Assembly (NCBI RefSeq): GCF_963921235.1
Contig: NC_086117.1
Span: 27,404,001 to 27,468,000, forward strand
DNA from: Mobula hypostoma
Lineage: Eukaryota
Length of the DNA stretch: 64,000 bases
Direction: 5' to 3'
Shown here piece by piece: positions 1 to 14,400 of the stretch. The notes below the pieces were generated by a model. The model saw nothing but the letters and a program-made list of their open reading frames with translations, did not search any database and was not told the origin of the DNA. The first letter of the stretch is position 1; each line of letters starts with the position of its first letter. The translations under genes were made by a program, and so were the position numbers.

Positions 1-698
1 AATTCTGGCTGTCAGTTCAATCCTGATCTAAGTGCTCAGCTATAAACCACTCTCCCTGTGTAACACACCCCTTCAATCTTTTATGGTCAATCCTTTGGTC
101 ACCTACCCTAAAATCCCCTGTGGTACTGTGTATCATTTGGAAAATCACTTCCTTGCCTGCTTGGGCACGTTTGGTTACATTAAAGGCACCAAATTAATGC
201 AAGTTCTTCTTGAATAGGGTTCTGTTAGAAAATAAGCTTCAAGACAGCAATCTTCAGAGGTCCCATCAATGATGGGGTCCCATCAAGCACCCCAGTCATA
301 TTAGCATAGGTTAACTAGAATGGTAAAGCTCCCTGTACACCAGGAGTTCCCAACCTGGGGCCCAGGGACTCCTTGCTTAATGGTATTGGTCCATGGCATA
401 ACCCCTGCTCTACAACACAGGGAAGTAACACCCCAATCCCTATTCTGACAGGTTATCAGTTAACACAGTGAAGTCATGGGAGAAACACTGACTGTTCATC
501 AGTCTCTGTGGGTTCGTTTGTCTTTTTAACCATCTCTGCTTCTGCAGAATAACTTGTATTATGAATAAAAGTTAAATTTCTGAGGAAATTAAAAGAAACC
601 AACTGACAGATGGAAGCTTGGTGGAAATTAAATTAGATAAGGAGTGACATTAAATGGACAACACAGAAATTGAAAATCAATGATCTGTATGTTTTAAC

Positions 699-704
699 TT
701 TATT
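699..704 (-). terminator. Candidate MED22 polyadenylation signal
   Basis: AATAAA on the minus strand at the end of a repeat-poor, AT-rich ~2.5-kb stretch after the stop codon. Confidence 0.4.
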
Positions 705-3246
705 TAAGTTCTGTATAAGAAGATGAATCTTTAAAATGGGATGCTAGAATATGTAACAAAATTAGCACCCAGTCTAAATTATATATAAATCTTAAAATAA
801 GCATATACAGAAATAAAAACAGCTTTCTTTAAAATGTTGGGAACAGTGAACAAGGCACAAAGTTTAAATGACAATTATTAAATGTAATATTCATTTGGAC
901 ATCACTCATTACTGGAAGGAGCAGTTAGTTAGAACCATTACAGACCCCAGTGACAAGTAGCTTTAAAATCTAAGGAACGTGTTTCACTGAAAAAGAATCA
1001 GCAATGTGGTCACATTGATTCTAAAGAGTATGCAAAGATATTTGGGAAGCTTTCATGTGCTCTTTCTCCTGCATGCAGTTCCCAGACTGGCTGGTTATTT
1101 CTCCTCCTCCTTCCCCAAGGGCAAGTTTTCTTTGTGCTGTGGACGAGGGCCGACTACTCTCTGATATCTCACTGTCCCACACGAATTCCAAACAGCCAGG
1201 TTTGATAAAGTCCCAGGGCCATACAGGCACAGAACCAGATTCTTTGGCCCTTAACTTCCACACTGACCACCTATCTGACATTGGGTAACACTGCAACTTG
1301 GCTAACTGTATGCAAGAAAATGCACACTTTCCAGGAAGGGTCGATCATACTAGCAGTCATCAGAAGAAACTGTGATTGACTGCCCCCCACATCTCCTCTC
1401 CAGACAAGGAGCAACTGTGGCAGACCCCATTCCCAGCTCTGACTAAGACTGGTATTTTACAAACACACCACGGATGGAATCCAGATCTGTATAGCTAAGA
1501 AAATATTCTAATCCCAATAGTATTCACCATACAGAACAAAGATCTTGGGCTCTGGGGGCCAGTCTCTGGATCTCGGTAGAGCAGGCCTTGACCAAATCCT
1601 TACTCACGATGCAACAGAATTACTTACTGAGCACAGGGGCTGCAATTGGATAATGGGAAAAGTAGGTGACTCATGCATGGAATATTGTGAGATGTACAAC
1701 TCAGTCACAATAACATGACATCGTGGGATTCACGCAAGATGTACAAACAACAGTATATCTGGGTAGGCATTGAACATTTGAGTCTCTACAGCTGGATGAA
1801 GACCAAATATTATGGGGTTTACTATTAAGAAGCCACTTTGATATGTGAAACACTACATAAACTAGCAATTTACAACAGTTAAGTAGGCAATTGGCAGAGC
1901 TGATATGAGATATATAAGGAAATGCTATGGAACAAAGTGGGTTCACTGAAACAGCAATGCTGGTGATAGTATCATTTCACTGTGGAAATGAGAGGCTCTG
2001 AATTACTCAATGCTTCAATTTAACAGTTGCAACTTGTAGCTTACAAGAATATGAAAATATAAATTTATATTATATAAAATATCGCTGCAGCGATCTTTAT
2101 ATACAACATATTTTGCGACGTGAGTTAAATCAAATGCCCTTTAACATACTACTTGTGGGGAAAAAAGGATGTAACTATCCTATCTTTTATGATCAAAAAG
2201 TCATTCTACAGCAAACAAATATAGGATTACATCCCTCCCCTAAAAACATGAAATTTGTGTCATACACAGTGTGACTTCTAAATTGTGACAAACAAGGGGT
2301 AGTGCATACATGAAATGTATAAGATTATATTTTTGGGGAAATATATAGAATTCCAGTTTATGTTTTATAAAATTATAAAATTTCTCATATTTTCATTGCA
2401 TAGAACAGGACACTAATATCCATTTAAAAATGATTGTCAAACATAAAAGAAGCATTTTTCCCACCTTACATAAAAAGGTACAATATACTCTAACTTTCAA
2501 TGCCTTCTGCACAGGGAAAAGCAAACTCCTCTAACAGGCGCTGAAGCAGAGGGAGCTTCTTCAAAACTGCATGAGGGAATGTTTTAGTGACCCTCCTTGA
2601 ATATTTGACGATGGATTGGCAAACACCTTTAAGGAGGCCATTTGCACCCCACAGTTCCCCCACAAAGGATTATGTTTCATAAGGCATTGTGGAAGGGAGC
2701 TAGGGTGCAGAATAAACTACATTTACTTACCATGTGTTTCAGTGAAATGTCAGCAATTTGTTTAACATCAGAGTTGGGACGAAGAGAAACCGTGAAAAAC
2801 ACAACTGTTTTCCCTATCCCTGCATGCAAGTCTCTATGAAAGGCTAATAAGCACTGACTGGTCGGGTTGTAAAAGCAGCTATTGTGTTAGACCAAAACTG
2901 TGGTCAGTAGGTGATCGTGTACTGTAAAGGTGCTTTAAACCAGAACACAAACTATCCTCAAAAGAACAATTTCCATTTCTAGTGCATTACACAAGGATAT
3001 CTACAATAAGCAGCATTATGAAAACAGTTTAAGCAGAAACCCCTTCTCATCTCAATGAAATACCCTGGTGCAATGGAATCAGTACAAGAACCTCAGCTTG
3101 TTAAACATGGCAATAGAAGAATATTATGTTGTGGGATTAAAAAAGTCTAACATTCTGAGAAGGTGAAACTGGTTACACTGTGGAGTATGTCAGAACCCGT
3201 CGTGGCTGTTCAGACATGTTTGAGGCTGAGGAAGGGCAGTCCCGTG

Positions 3247-3465
3247 CTATTTGTACCTGGAGGAGTAATATTCTTCTTCCAGCTCGTACAGATCAACCGC
3301 GATCTCATCTCGTAGGGTGATCAGCTTCTTGTCACATTCTTCCTGTAGACTCCGAAGCTGCTGCTTTCGCTGGTTTATGGCTTCGTTCACGGAGGGAAAG
3401 TCGTTCAGAATCAGGAACTGTTTAAGGTCTGACACCAGCTTCATGAGAGACTCCCCAGCACGCAC
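3247..3465 (-). CDS. MED22: MED22 (SURF5) last coding exon, short-isoform C-terminus
   Basis: [32 protein letters not shown]...[12 protein letters not shown]; acceptor tttag at 3466-3470, phase 0; matches the vertebrate MED22 140-aa isoform. Confidence 0.97.
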   Translation of the reverse strand: MRAGESLMKLVSDLKQFLILNDFPSVNEAINQRKQQLRSLQEECDKKLITLRDEIAVDLYELEEEYYSSRYK

Positions 3466-3525
3466 CTAAATCAACACAACACAGAATGAAAACACATCTA
3501 TACATCTATCTATCTATCTATACAT

Positions 3526-3909
3526 GCCGGCTAAACCAGGTGAGGGTAGCCGACGGGTCTCAAACCCTCGGTGAGATAGGGAGCTGTCTATCCCAGCATG
3601 TGAAGACAGACTCCGGCGGATTGAGCGGACGAGACCAATGGAAGGTCCATTGGTTAAGAAGGCGGTCTCTGCAAGCGTCGTGGAACGTGTAGAGCAGGAC
3701 AAGGCACAGAAGACGTCCTGGTCATCCACTGCGCCTAGTCCCATCTCCAGCCGTCTTGCCACTGGATCCAGATGGGAATTGGGAAGAGAGAGTGAGGCTG
3801 ACGCTGCGCAACTCTCCCTCACTTAAATCCAAATCACGCGCTAGTCTCGACACCATCATAATGGTGTTGAGGTCCTCATCGACGTCAACGATGGACGAAC
3901 AACAACAAC
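3526..3909 (+). mobile_element. 5'-truncated copy of the same retroelement in the last MED22 intron
   Basis: Near-identical to 36856-37244; ends gacgaacaacaacaa. Confidence 0.85.
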
Positions 3910-4559
3910 ATATTATAGATATATATAGAAAACAAAAACACAGAATGAAAACATATATAAACACACACACACACACATATATATATATATCTACTGTGGA
4001 TTTACAGGTCAATTTCACTGTGCATTACTTAAGTGGTGTTAAGACAAGTGAAGGCCTAAACTAAGAGATGTGGGTGAGAGATGATTGGACCTGGATGAAT
4101 AGTTAATTTTAAACATTCTGCTCTTGAGGATACAAAAGCAATTTTCTGAAATTATTATATCGAAACAGCCCATACAGCTCCTTGACTCTGCTCCCTTATT
4201 CAATCAGATATCATAATTTCATCTAACCACTTTTCTGTAACCGTGAATGTCCTTTATCTAACAAAAATGAACCAATCTCAGCTTCAAAATTGTTAACTGT
4301 CTGCCACCTTCAACTCTTCAGGTTACAGGATACCAGAACTCCACTATACTTGTGGGACGGAATGCTTCCCTTCAAAGTTGTTATTTTTTCTTCTATGTAC
4401 CACTCACTCTTTATTACAAATGTCCATATTTATAAATTACATTCTCCCCTGTAAGATATGAAACAATATCAAAGAATGAAATTTCAAGGTGATAAATTAC
4501 ATTGAAAGCTTCCACTGTAAATGTTGATTTAAGACATTATAACGCATTAGATCATCATG

Positions 4560-5380
4560 AACTGCAATACCTTGAATATAGCTGTTATACCTCCTCAGTA
4601 TACCTCCTATCAGCACAGGCATGCCTCAGGGATGAATGCTTAACCCACTGCTCTACTCTCTGCACTCTCATGACTGTATGGCTAAGCACTGTTCAATCAA
4701 CATCTATAAATCTGCAGATCACACCACTGCTGTTGATGAAATCTCAGATGGGGACATACAGGAGTGAGATGGATCGGCTAGTTGACTGGTGTCTCAACAT
4801 CCTGATGTTTCTGGATGTCACCATCTTGGAGGACATGTCCTGGGCCTAATACACTGTTGCAAACACAAAGAAAACATGCTAGCATCTCTTACTTATTAGG
4901 AGTTTGAGAAGATTTGGTGTGTCACCAAAGGCCGTTGCAAATTTCCATCAATCGGTGAAGAGCATTAGGACTGGTTGCATCGTGGCCTGGTATGGAGGGT
5001 CCAATGTACAAGATCGCAAGAGGCTGCCAGGGACTGTAGACTCAGCCAGCCTCATCCTGGGCACTAGCCTCCCTACCATCATCAACAGCATCTTCAAGAA
5101 GGTGGCGTCCATCATTAAGGAACCTCACCGTTTGGGACACGCCCTCTAGTCATTCCTACCATCAGTGAGGTGATACAGGACCTACACTCAACAATTCAGG
5201 AACAGCATCTCCTCCACCACCACCATCAGATTCTCAAAAAGTCTATGGATACTATCTCATTATTCCTTTCTTTGTTGTGCTCTTTTTTGGGTAATTTATA
5301 ATCATTTTTATGTCTTTGCCTGAACTGTTGCCATGAAGCAACAAATTTCACATCACTAAGTCTGTGATACAAAACCTGAC
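4560..5380 (+). mobile_element. Decayed Rex1/L2-like LINE 3' end
   Basis: RRFGVSPKAVANF...SIRTGCIVAWYG...HALxSFLPS. Confidence 0.75.
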
Positions 5381-5851
5381 AGCTATTCTAAACACGGTAT
5401 GGGTACTGGTTCATGCTAACATTTCTTACCAAATTGCTATTCACTATTATACAAAATGTTTACATAGGAATTTATCAAACTTTAAATGAAGTTCTAATTC
5501 TAGTTTCCTAAGTTCCAAAGATGAAAAGCAACTTTATGTTCAGCTGTAATAAAAATAGAACATGCAGGTCAGTCCGCCTGTGTTAAGAGGAATAACGTTA
5601 ATAATTCACACCAATGATCTTTCAGCTGTGCTGCCTTGTAATCCTCCCATTTGGGGTGTTCTACATATGCAGGGAGGGGGGAAATCATGGTTGGGAAAGG
5701 TTGTGTGGGAACACCCCACCCCCACCCCAGCAAGGGTCAGCATATGTGGGACCCATCCCTAGCAAGACTCAGCGTGTGTGGGACCAAGAAGAGACACAGA
5801 AAATATAAACTACTCAGACAAAATTGTGAATTTGACCTCCTTGGTACGTAC

Positions 5852-5932
5852 AATATTTGCTGCTCTCACATGCATCTCATAGTGATCTTGTTCACACTGA
5901 GTCGCGCGGGAAACCTGCGTCTCGTCTTCAAC
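5852..5932 (-). CDS. MED22: MED22 second coding exon
   Basis: VEDETQVSRATQCEQDHYEMHVRAANI, 81 nt, ttgcag acceptor and gtacgt donor, phase 0/0; absent from the ORF track. Confidence 0.96.
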
Positions 5933-6047
5933 CTGCAAGACAAGATTGAGCTTCAGATTAATATATCTCAACGTGAAAGGGACTTTACATTAAGCCTCAA
6001 ACTAGTTCTGTTTCTTCCCCTCCATAGATGCTGCCTTTTTTCAAGGC

Positions 6048-7927
6048 CATAGGACATAGGAGCATAAACAGGCCATTTAGCCAATCGAGTCTGCTCCAAC
6101 ATTCCATCATGGCTCATTTATAAAACCCACTTGTGCTGCCTTTTCCCTGTAAACTTTGATGTCCTGACTAATCAAGAACCTATCAACTTCTGCTTCAAAT
6201 AATCCAATGACTTGGCCATCACAGCCATCTGTGACAATGAATTCCACAGACTCACCACCCTCAGGCTAAAGAATTTCCTCCTCATCTCTGTTCTAAATGG
6301 ATGTCTCTTTATTCTGAGGCTGCACCCTCTGGTCCTGGACTCTCCCACTACAGGAAATATCCTTTCCACATCCACTTTACCTTTGGCCTTTCAATATTCA
6401 ATAGGTTTCAATCAGATCCCCCCTCATCCTTCTAAACTCTAGCGAGTAAAGGCCCAAAGCCATCAAAACGCTCCTAATGCATTAATCCTTTTATTCCTGG
6501 AATCAATCTCATGAACATCTTTTAGATAAGGGGCACAAAAACTGCACACAATACTCCTCTGCAGTCCGATTTATGTCTTATAAAACCTTAGCATTACATT
6601 CTTACTTTTATATTCTTGTCCTCTCAAAATGAATGCCAATATTCCATCTGCCCCCTTTTTTGCCCATTCTCCCAATCTGTCCAAGTCCTTTTGCAGACTC
6701 CCTGCTCCCTTGACACTACCTGCCCCTCCACCTATCTTCGTATTGTCCACAAACTTGGCTACAAGGCATCAAATCCATCATCCAAATCATTACATATATG
6801 AGAAAAGAAGTGGTTCTAACGCTGACACCAGTGAGATACAATTAGTCATCAGCAGCCAACCAGAAAAGGCCCCCTTTATTTCCATTCTTTGCCTCCTGCC
6901 AGTCAACCAATCTTCTATCCATGCTAGTATCTTTCCTGAAATACCGTGGGCTCTCAAATTGTTAAGCAGCCTCGCACGCAGCACCTTATTATAGGCCTTC
7001 GGAAAATCCACTTAAACAAGATCCACTGACTCTCCTTTGTCTATCCGGTCTCTTATTTCTTTAAAGAATATCAACAGATTTGACAGACAAGATTTCCCCT
7101 TACAAAACCATGCTGATTTTGGCATATTTTATCATGTGCCTGCAAGTACCCCGAAACCTCATCCTTGACAATCGACTCCAACATTTTCTCAACCACTGAG
7201 GTCAGACTAAATGGCCTATAATTTCCTATCTTTAGCCTCTCTCTTTTAAAGAGTGGAGTGACATTTGCAATTTTCCAGTCCTCCAGAACTATTCCAGAAT
7301 CTAGCGATTCTTGAAAGATCATTACTAATGCCTCCACAATCTCTTCAGCCACCTCTTTCAGAACCCTGTGGTGTAGTCATATCTACTTTTAGATCTTTCC
7401 GCTTCCTAAGCACCTTAGTAATAGCAACTGCACTCACTTTTGTTCCAAAACTCCTGAATTTCCAGCATACTGCCGGTGTCTTCCACAGTGAAGACTGATG
7501 CAAAGTACTTAAGTATGTCCACCATTTTTTTTGTCCCTCATTACTAACTCGCCGGCGTCATTTTCCCAGTGATCCGATATCCATTCTTGCCTCTCCTTTA
7601 GCTTTTATGTATCTGAAAAAAACTTTTGGTATCATCTTTTATATTACTGGTTAGCTTACCTTCATATTTCATCTTTTCTCTCCTTATAGTTTTTAGTTGA
7701 TTTGTGTTAGTATTTAAAGGCTTCCCAACCCTCTAAATTCCCACAAATTTTTGCTATATATGCCCTCTCTTTTGCTTTTACGCTGTCTTTGACCTCCCTT
7801 GTCATCCTCCTCTCAGAATACTTCACCTTTGCGATGTATCTATCCCGCGCTTCCTGATTTGTTCCCAGAAACTCCAGCCGTTGCTGCTCTGCCATCATCC
7901 CTGTTAGTGACCCTTTCCTATCAACTC
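6048..7927 (-). mobile_element. Decayed CR1 LINE (continues at ~8984-9710)
   Basis: RT fragments NYRPFSLTSVVEKMLESI, DFPKAYNKV, FFSLRVVSLWNSL. Confidence 0.88.
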
Positions 7928-8983
7928 AGAATTGGCTTGACTGCCGAAGGCAGAGGGTCGTGGTGGAGGGAGTACATTCGGATTGGAGGATTGTGACTAG
8001 TGGTGTCCCACAAGGATCAGTTCTGGGACCTCTACTTTTCGTGATTTTTATTAACGACCTGGATGTGGGGGTAGAAGGGTGGGTTGGCAAGTTTGCAGAC
8101 GACACAAAGGTTGGTGGTGTTGTAGATAGTGTAGAGGATTGTCGAAGATTGCAGAGAGACATTGATAGGATGCAGAAGCGGGCTGAGGAGTGGCAGATGG
8201 AGTTCAACCCGGAGAAGTGTGAGGTGGTACACTTTGGAAGGACAAACTCCAAGGCAGAGTACAAAGCAAATGGCGGAATACTTGGTAATGTGGAGGAGCA
8301 GAGGGATCTGGGGGTACATGTTCACAGATCCCTGAAAGTTGCCTCACAGGTGGATAGTGTAGTTAAGAAAGCTTATGGGGTGTTAGCTTTCATAAGTCGA
8401 GGGATAAGAGTTTAAGAGTCGCCATGTAATGATGCAGCTCTACAAAACTCTGGTTAGGCCACACTTGGAGTACTGTGTCCAGTTCTGGTCGCCTCACTAT
8501 AGGAAGGACGTGGAAGCATTGGAAAGGGTACAGAGGAGATTTACCAGGATGCTGCCTGGTTTAGAGAGGATGCATTATGATCAGAGATTAAGGGAGCTAG
8601 GGCTTTACTCTTTGGAGAGAAGGAGGATGAGAGGAGACATGGTGGAGGTGTACAAGATATTAAGAGGAATAGATAGAGTGGATAGCCAGCGCTTCTTCCC
8701 CAGGGCACCACTGCTCAATACAAAAGGACATGGCTTTAAGGTAAGGGGTGGGAAGTTCAAGGGGGATATTACAGGAAGGTTTTTTACTCAAGAGAGTGGT
8801 TGGTGCGTGGAATGCACTGCCTGAGTCAGTGGTGGAGGCAGATACAGTAATGAAATTTAAGAGACTACTAGACAGGTATATGGAGGAATTTAAGGTGCAG
8901 GTTATAAGGGAGGCAGGGTTTGAGGGTCGGCACAACATTGTGGGCCCAAGGGCCTGTACTGTGCTGTACTATTCTATGTTCTA
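7928..8983 (+). mobile_element. Young 5'-truncated CR1 nested in an older CR1
   Basis: [22 protein letters not shown]...KFADDTK...RPHLEYCVQFWSP; ttctatgttcta tail. Confidence 0.92.
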
Positions 8984-10019
8984 AAACATTGCCCTTTTGA
9001 CCTGCATTTTCTAATTCTCGTTATAATTTGTACCCCACCTCCTGGCTACCGTTTGGGGGCCTGCATATAACTCCCGTCATTGTTTTTTCACCCTTGTAGT
9101 TTCTTAACTCTACCCACAAAGATTCTACATATCCCAATCCTATGTCACCTCTTTCTAACCAACGCACACAAAATGCTGGAGCAACTCAGCAGGTCAGGCA
9201 GCATCTGTGGAAATGAATAAAGAAATTGACATTTTGGGCTAAGAGCCTTCTTCAGGATTCTTTCTAAGAATTTGATTTCATTTTTTTTTTACCAACATAG
9301 CCACCCAACCCCTTCTGCCTATCTGCCTGTCCTTTTGATACAATGTGGTATCACATTGTATGTGATGTTCAGCTCCCAACTATGACCTTCTTTCAGGCAC
9401 AGCTCAGTGATGCCCACAACATCGTACCTGCACTACAAGATCATCTACCTTATCCTGTATATCATGTGCATTCAAATACAACACCTTCAGTCGTGTATTC
9501 ATCACCCTTTTCAATTTTGCTCTGATTTGCACTTCAGTTCATCTCACTGACTGCAATTTTGCCCTATCATCTGCCTGTCCATCCTCACAGTCACACGACA
9601 CCCTGCATCTAGTTGTATGCCAACTGCCTCACCCTCAGCTCTATCACTCTGGCTCCCAACTCTTGCCAAACTTAACCCCCTCCCCCACAGCTCTAGCAAC
9701 CCTGCTCACAACTGAGGTTCTAAGCAACTGAACAGGACTGAGCTGGCAAAGACCAAGTGATGAAAGGGCAGGTGTTTCCATCCTGGGGAAGTCCAGAACC
9801 AGGAATCATAAACACAAGATTGGCAGTAATAAATCTTAAGAAGAAATTCAACGAGAAACTTCTTCTGAAGAATGAGCAGAATACTACACGGAGTAGTTCG
9901 GGTGAATGGTACAGAGGCTGCATCACACTAGAAGGGAGAAAGAAAGATATGCTAATAACATGAGATGTAACTGTGTGGAGCTATAAGTAAGGCTTAATCC
10001 TGGATGGTGGAGATCCTTT

Positions 10020-10530
10020 GCTTTCCTGAAACACCTCATGGAGATGTGCTTAATGATGGGGAAGGTTTTACCCATGATGGACTGGCCACCTTTTGTAGGA
10101 TTTTCCGTTCGAGGGTATTGGTACATCTACACTAAGAGGCAGTGATGCAACCAGTCAGTATACTCTCCACTATACAGCTATTGAAGTCTGTCAAAGTTTT
10201 AGATGACCTGCCAAATCTTCATAAACTCCTGTAGAGGCACAGCCGTGCTTTCTTTGTAATTACACTTGCATACTGGACCCAAGGAAGGTCCTCTGAAATG
10301 ATAACACTAGGAATTTAAAGTTGCTGACCCTCTCCACCTCTGATCCTCCCATGAGGACTGGCTCATGGACCTCAGGTTTAACCTCTCCTGAACTGAGTAA
10401 TCAGCTCCTTGGTCTTGCTGACACTGAGTGAGAGGTTGTTGTTGGGGCACCACTCAGCCAGATTTTCAATCTCCCTCCTATACTGTATGCTGATTAGTCA
10501 CCACCTTTGACTTGGCCGGCGACAGTAAGA
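10020..10530 (-). mobile_element. Decayed Rex1/L2-like LINE fragment
   Basis: Minus strand reads ESILTGCITASxC and RCFRKAKDLHHPG. Confidence 0.65.
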
Positions 10531-11479
10531 CATGGATGAGGCAATTTTTATTTTCCCTCAGGGTTGTGAGTTTGGAACTCGGTTCCTGACAGAATGGTGG
10601 AGTAGCCTGAGTAGTTTTAAGGCGGGGTCATTTAGATTGTTGATTATTAATGGAATGAAAAGTTAATGTATGTAAAGGAAAATGTGGCTTTCTTCTGCTC
10701 CCAATACGTACATTCACGTGCTGTAATAAATTGTTATGAAGGGAACTGAGAAACGGGAGATGAGGCATAGGGCAGATCAGCCAGGATTATAGTGAAAGGT
10801 AGAAAAGGTGTGAGGAGCTGAGATGCCAACACCTGTTGTTGTTTTGCCCAGTTGTGTGGAGCATGGATGGGTTGAGTTGCTGGTTACCCGTGATCTGAGT
10901 GAAGGGGTGAGCACCTGTTCCTCCATCCTGCTCCACAATTCATCGAGCTAATGAGCAGATGGAGACATGGGAGACTGCAGTTGCTGGCGGTTTGCAGCAA
11001 CAATCTGCTGGAGGAGCTCAGGTCGAGCGACATCCATGGGAGGAGAGGAATTGCTGACGTTTCGGGTCAAAATCGTGCATCGTGGCTTCCCGTAGATGCT
11101 GCTCGACTTGCTGGGCTCCTCCAGTAGGTCGTTTATTGCTGTAAGCTGCCAGCTGGTCGGAACCACCTCAGATCTGGGAAGCCCAGAGTGTGGGAGGAAC
11201 TCAGCAATTCAAAAGAGGGGAGCCGGGCAGTTGGGACGTTCTGCGTGCCACAGTTCCCAAGGACACATTGGATTGCACAACAGGAATGAGAGAATTTAAA
11301 AGAAGTGAGCAGTGGCAGTCGGGAAATTCTGCATGTCACAGTTCCTGGGAGATATTGGATTGCGCTGTGGGAGAGGGTTCAAAAGCGGTGAGTGGGGCCA
11401 GTCAGAACATTCCACCATTTCCGAGGAGACACTGGATTGTGCATAATTGAGCATTCTGCAAGGGTCAATAAAAAGTTAG

Positions 11480-14400
11480 GTTTAAGCAGAGCAGCCATTC
11501 TGTGAGTGGGCAAGTTTCAGAGTGGAGAGCTCAAGCTTTAGCTTATAGAGGCTTTCACGAGAAGACATGAAGGCTGCAGGTAGATTCTTTTGTTCAAATT
11601 TTCTTTCTTTCTTATTGCATAGTTGGAGCAGTGGGGATGCCAGGTATGATAGTGGAATGCTCCAAAGATTTGGTTATTTCTTCAGCAGTTTGATTGGGGC
11701 ACGACTGCGCAAGCGTGTGGATGTCAGCCACTTAGAACAGCGAGTAGAGTTTAAAAGGAGACAGCTTTATAGAGTGGGCGTCAGAGTAGAGGGAGACAGA
11801 GTAGGAAGGCCTTGGCTCAACAGAGCTTCGGTGATAACAGGTCGAGGCCAGGTAGGTTAACTGTGTAGAATATAGACAGAAAGTATGTGTGAGAGGCCGG
11901 TTTTCTATGCTCGGTGTCAGATGTGGGACACTGGGGAAGACTCCCAGCCTCTTGGACGGCCACATCTGCGCCAGGTGCGTTGAGCTGCAGCTCCTTAGGG
12001 ACCACGTTAGGGAACTGGAGATGCAGCTCGATGACCTTCATCTGGTCAGGGAGAGTGAGGAGGTGATAGAGAGGAGCTATAGGCACTGGGGCCTCGGGAG
12101 ACAGATAAGTGGGTAACAGTCAGGAGAGGGAAAGGCAAGAGGCAGATACTAGAGAGTACCCTTTTGGCTGTACCCTTTAACAATAAGTACTCCTGTTTGA
12201 GGACTTTGGGGGGGGGGGATGGCCTACCTGGGAGAAGCAACAGTCGCCGCACCTCTGGCACAGAGTCTGGCCTGGTGGCTTAGAAGGGCAGGGAAAGGAA
12301 GAGGAAGGCAGCAGTGATCGGGGACTCTATAGTTAGGGTGTCAGATAGGCAATTCTGTGGACGCAGGAAAGAAGCATGGATGGTAGTTTGCCTCCCAGGT
12401 GCCAGGGTCCAGGATGATTCTGATCGTGTCCATGATATCCTGAAGTGGGAAGGAGAACAGCCAGAGGTCATGGTACATATTGGTACCAATGACATAGGCA
12501 GGAAAAGGGAGGAGGTCCTGAAAGCAGACTACAGGGAGTTAGGAAGGATGTTGAGAAGCAGGACCACAAAGCTGGTCATCTCGGGATTACTGCCTGTGCC
12601 ACATGACAGTGAGTACAGGAATAGAGTGAGGTGGAGGATAAATGTGTGGCTGAGGGATTGGAGCAGGGGGCAGGGATTCAGATATCTGGATGATTGGGGC
12701 CTCTTTTGGGGCAGGTATCACCTATACAAAAAGGACGGGTTGCACGTGAATCCCAGGGGGGCCAATATCCTGGCGGGGAGGTTTGCTAAGGCTATTGGGG
12801 AGAGTTTAAACTAGAATTGCTGGGGGGGTGGGAACCAAACTGAAATGACGGAGGAAGGCTCACAAATAGAGAAAGCTTGGAGACAGCGCGAGAGGAGAAT
12901 GGGCTGGTGAAGGAGAAGAGATGCGCTCAGACCGATGGTTTGTGATGTGTCTATTTTAATGCAAGAAGTATTATGAACAAAGCGGATGAGCTTAGAGCGT
13001 GGATCAGTACTTGGAGCTATGACGTTGTGGTCATTACAGAGACTTGGATGGCTCAGGGACCGGAATGGTTACTTCAAGTGCTGGGTTTTAGATGTTTCAG
13101 AAAAGACAGGGAAGGAAGCAAAAGAGGTTGGGGTGTGGCACTGTTGATCAGAGATAGTGTCACAGCTGCAGAAAAGGTGGACGTCATGAAGGGATTGTCT
13201 ACGGAGTCTCTGTGAGTGGAAGTTAGGAGAAAGAAGGGATCAATAACTCTACTGGATGTTTTTTATAGACCACCCAATAGTAACAGGGACATCGAGGAGC
13301 AGATAGGGAGGCAGATTCTGGAAAGGTGTAATAATAACAGGGTTGTTGTGGTGGGAGATTATAATTTCCCAAATATCGATTAGCATCTCCCTAGAGCAAG
13401 GGGCTTAGATGGGGTGGAGTTTGTTAGGTGTGTTCAGGAAGGTTTCTTGACACAATATGTAGATAAGCCTACAAGAAGAGCGGCTGTACTTGAACTGGTA
13501 TTGGGAAATGAACCTGGTCAGGTGTCAGATCTCTCAGTGGGAGAGCATTTTGGAGATAGTGATTACAATTCTATCTCCTTTACCATAGCATTGGAGAGGG
13601 ATAGGAACAGACAAATTAGGAAAGGGTTTAAATGGAGTAAGGGGAATTATGAGGCTATCAGGCAAGAACTTAGAAGCATAAATTGAGAACAGATGTTCTC
13701 AGCGAAATGTTTGGAAGAAATGTGGCAAATGTTCAGCGGATATTTGTGTAGAGTTCTGCATTGGTATGTTCCAAAGAGACAGGAAAAGGATGGTAGGGTA
13801 CAGAAACCGTGGTGTACAAAGGCTGCTGTAAATCTAGTCAAGAAGAGCTGAGAAGAAGAAGAAAAGGTTCAAAAAACTAGTTGATAGAGATCTAGGTTAT
13901 AAGGCTAGCATGAAGGAGCTTAAGAATGAAATTAGGAGAGAAAGAAGGGGCCATGAGAAGGGCTCAGCAGATAGGATTAAGGAAAATCCCAAGGCGTTCT
14001 ACAAGTATGTGAAGAGCAAGAGAATAAGACATGAGAGAATAGGACCAATCAAGTGTGACAGTGGAAAAGTGTGTATGGAACTGGGGGAGATAGCAGAGGT
14101 ACTTAGTGGACACTTTGCTTCAGTATTCACTACAGAAAAGGACCTTGGGAATTGTAGGGATGACTTACAGCAGACTGAAAAGCTTGAACATGTAGATATT
14201 AAGTGCTGGAGATTTTGGAAAGCATCGGGACCGGACAAGATGTACCCCAGGCTACTGTGGGAGGCGAGGGAGGAGATTGCTGAGCCTCTGGCGATGATCT
14301 TTGCATCATCAATGGGGACGGGAGAGGTTCCGGAGGATTGGAGGGTTGCGGATGTTGTTCCTTTATTCAAGAAAGGGAGTAGAGATAGCCCAGGAAATTA

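Noticed and set aside
1021-1305. Minus-strand ORF with an acceptor-like site as the MED22 long-isoform exon
   Set aside because: In phase 2 it gives an immediate stop, and the peptide does not resemble the known tail.
11190-11480. Three degenerate ~85-bp repeats (cacagttcc...attggattg)
   Set aside because: Most simply tandem repeats of a CR1 5' region; no independent signal.
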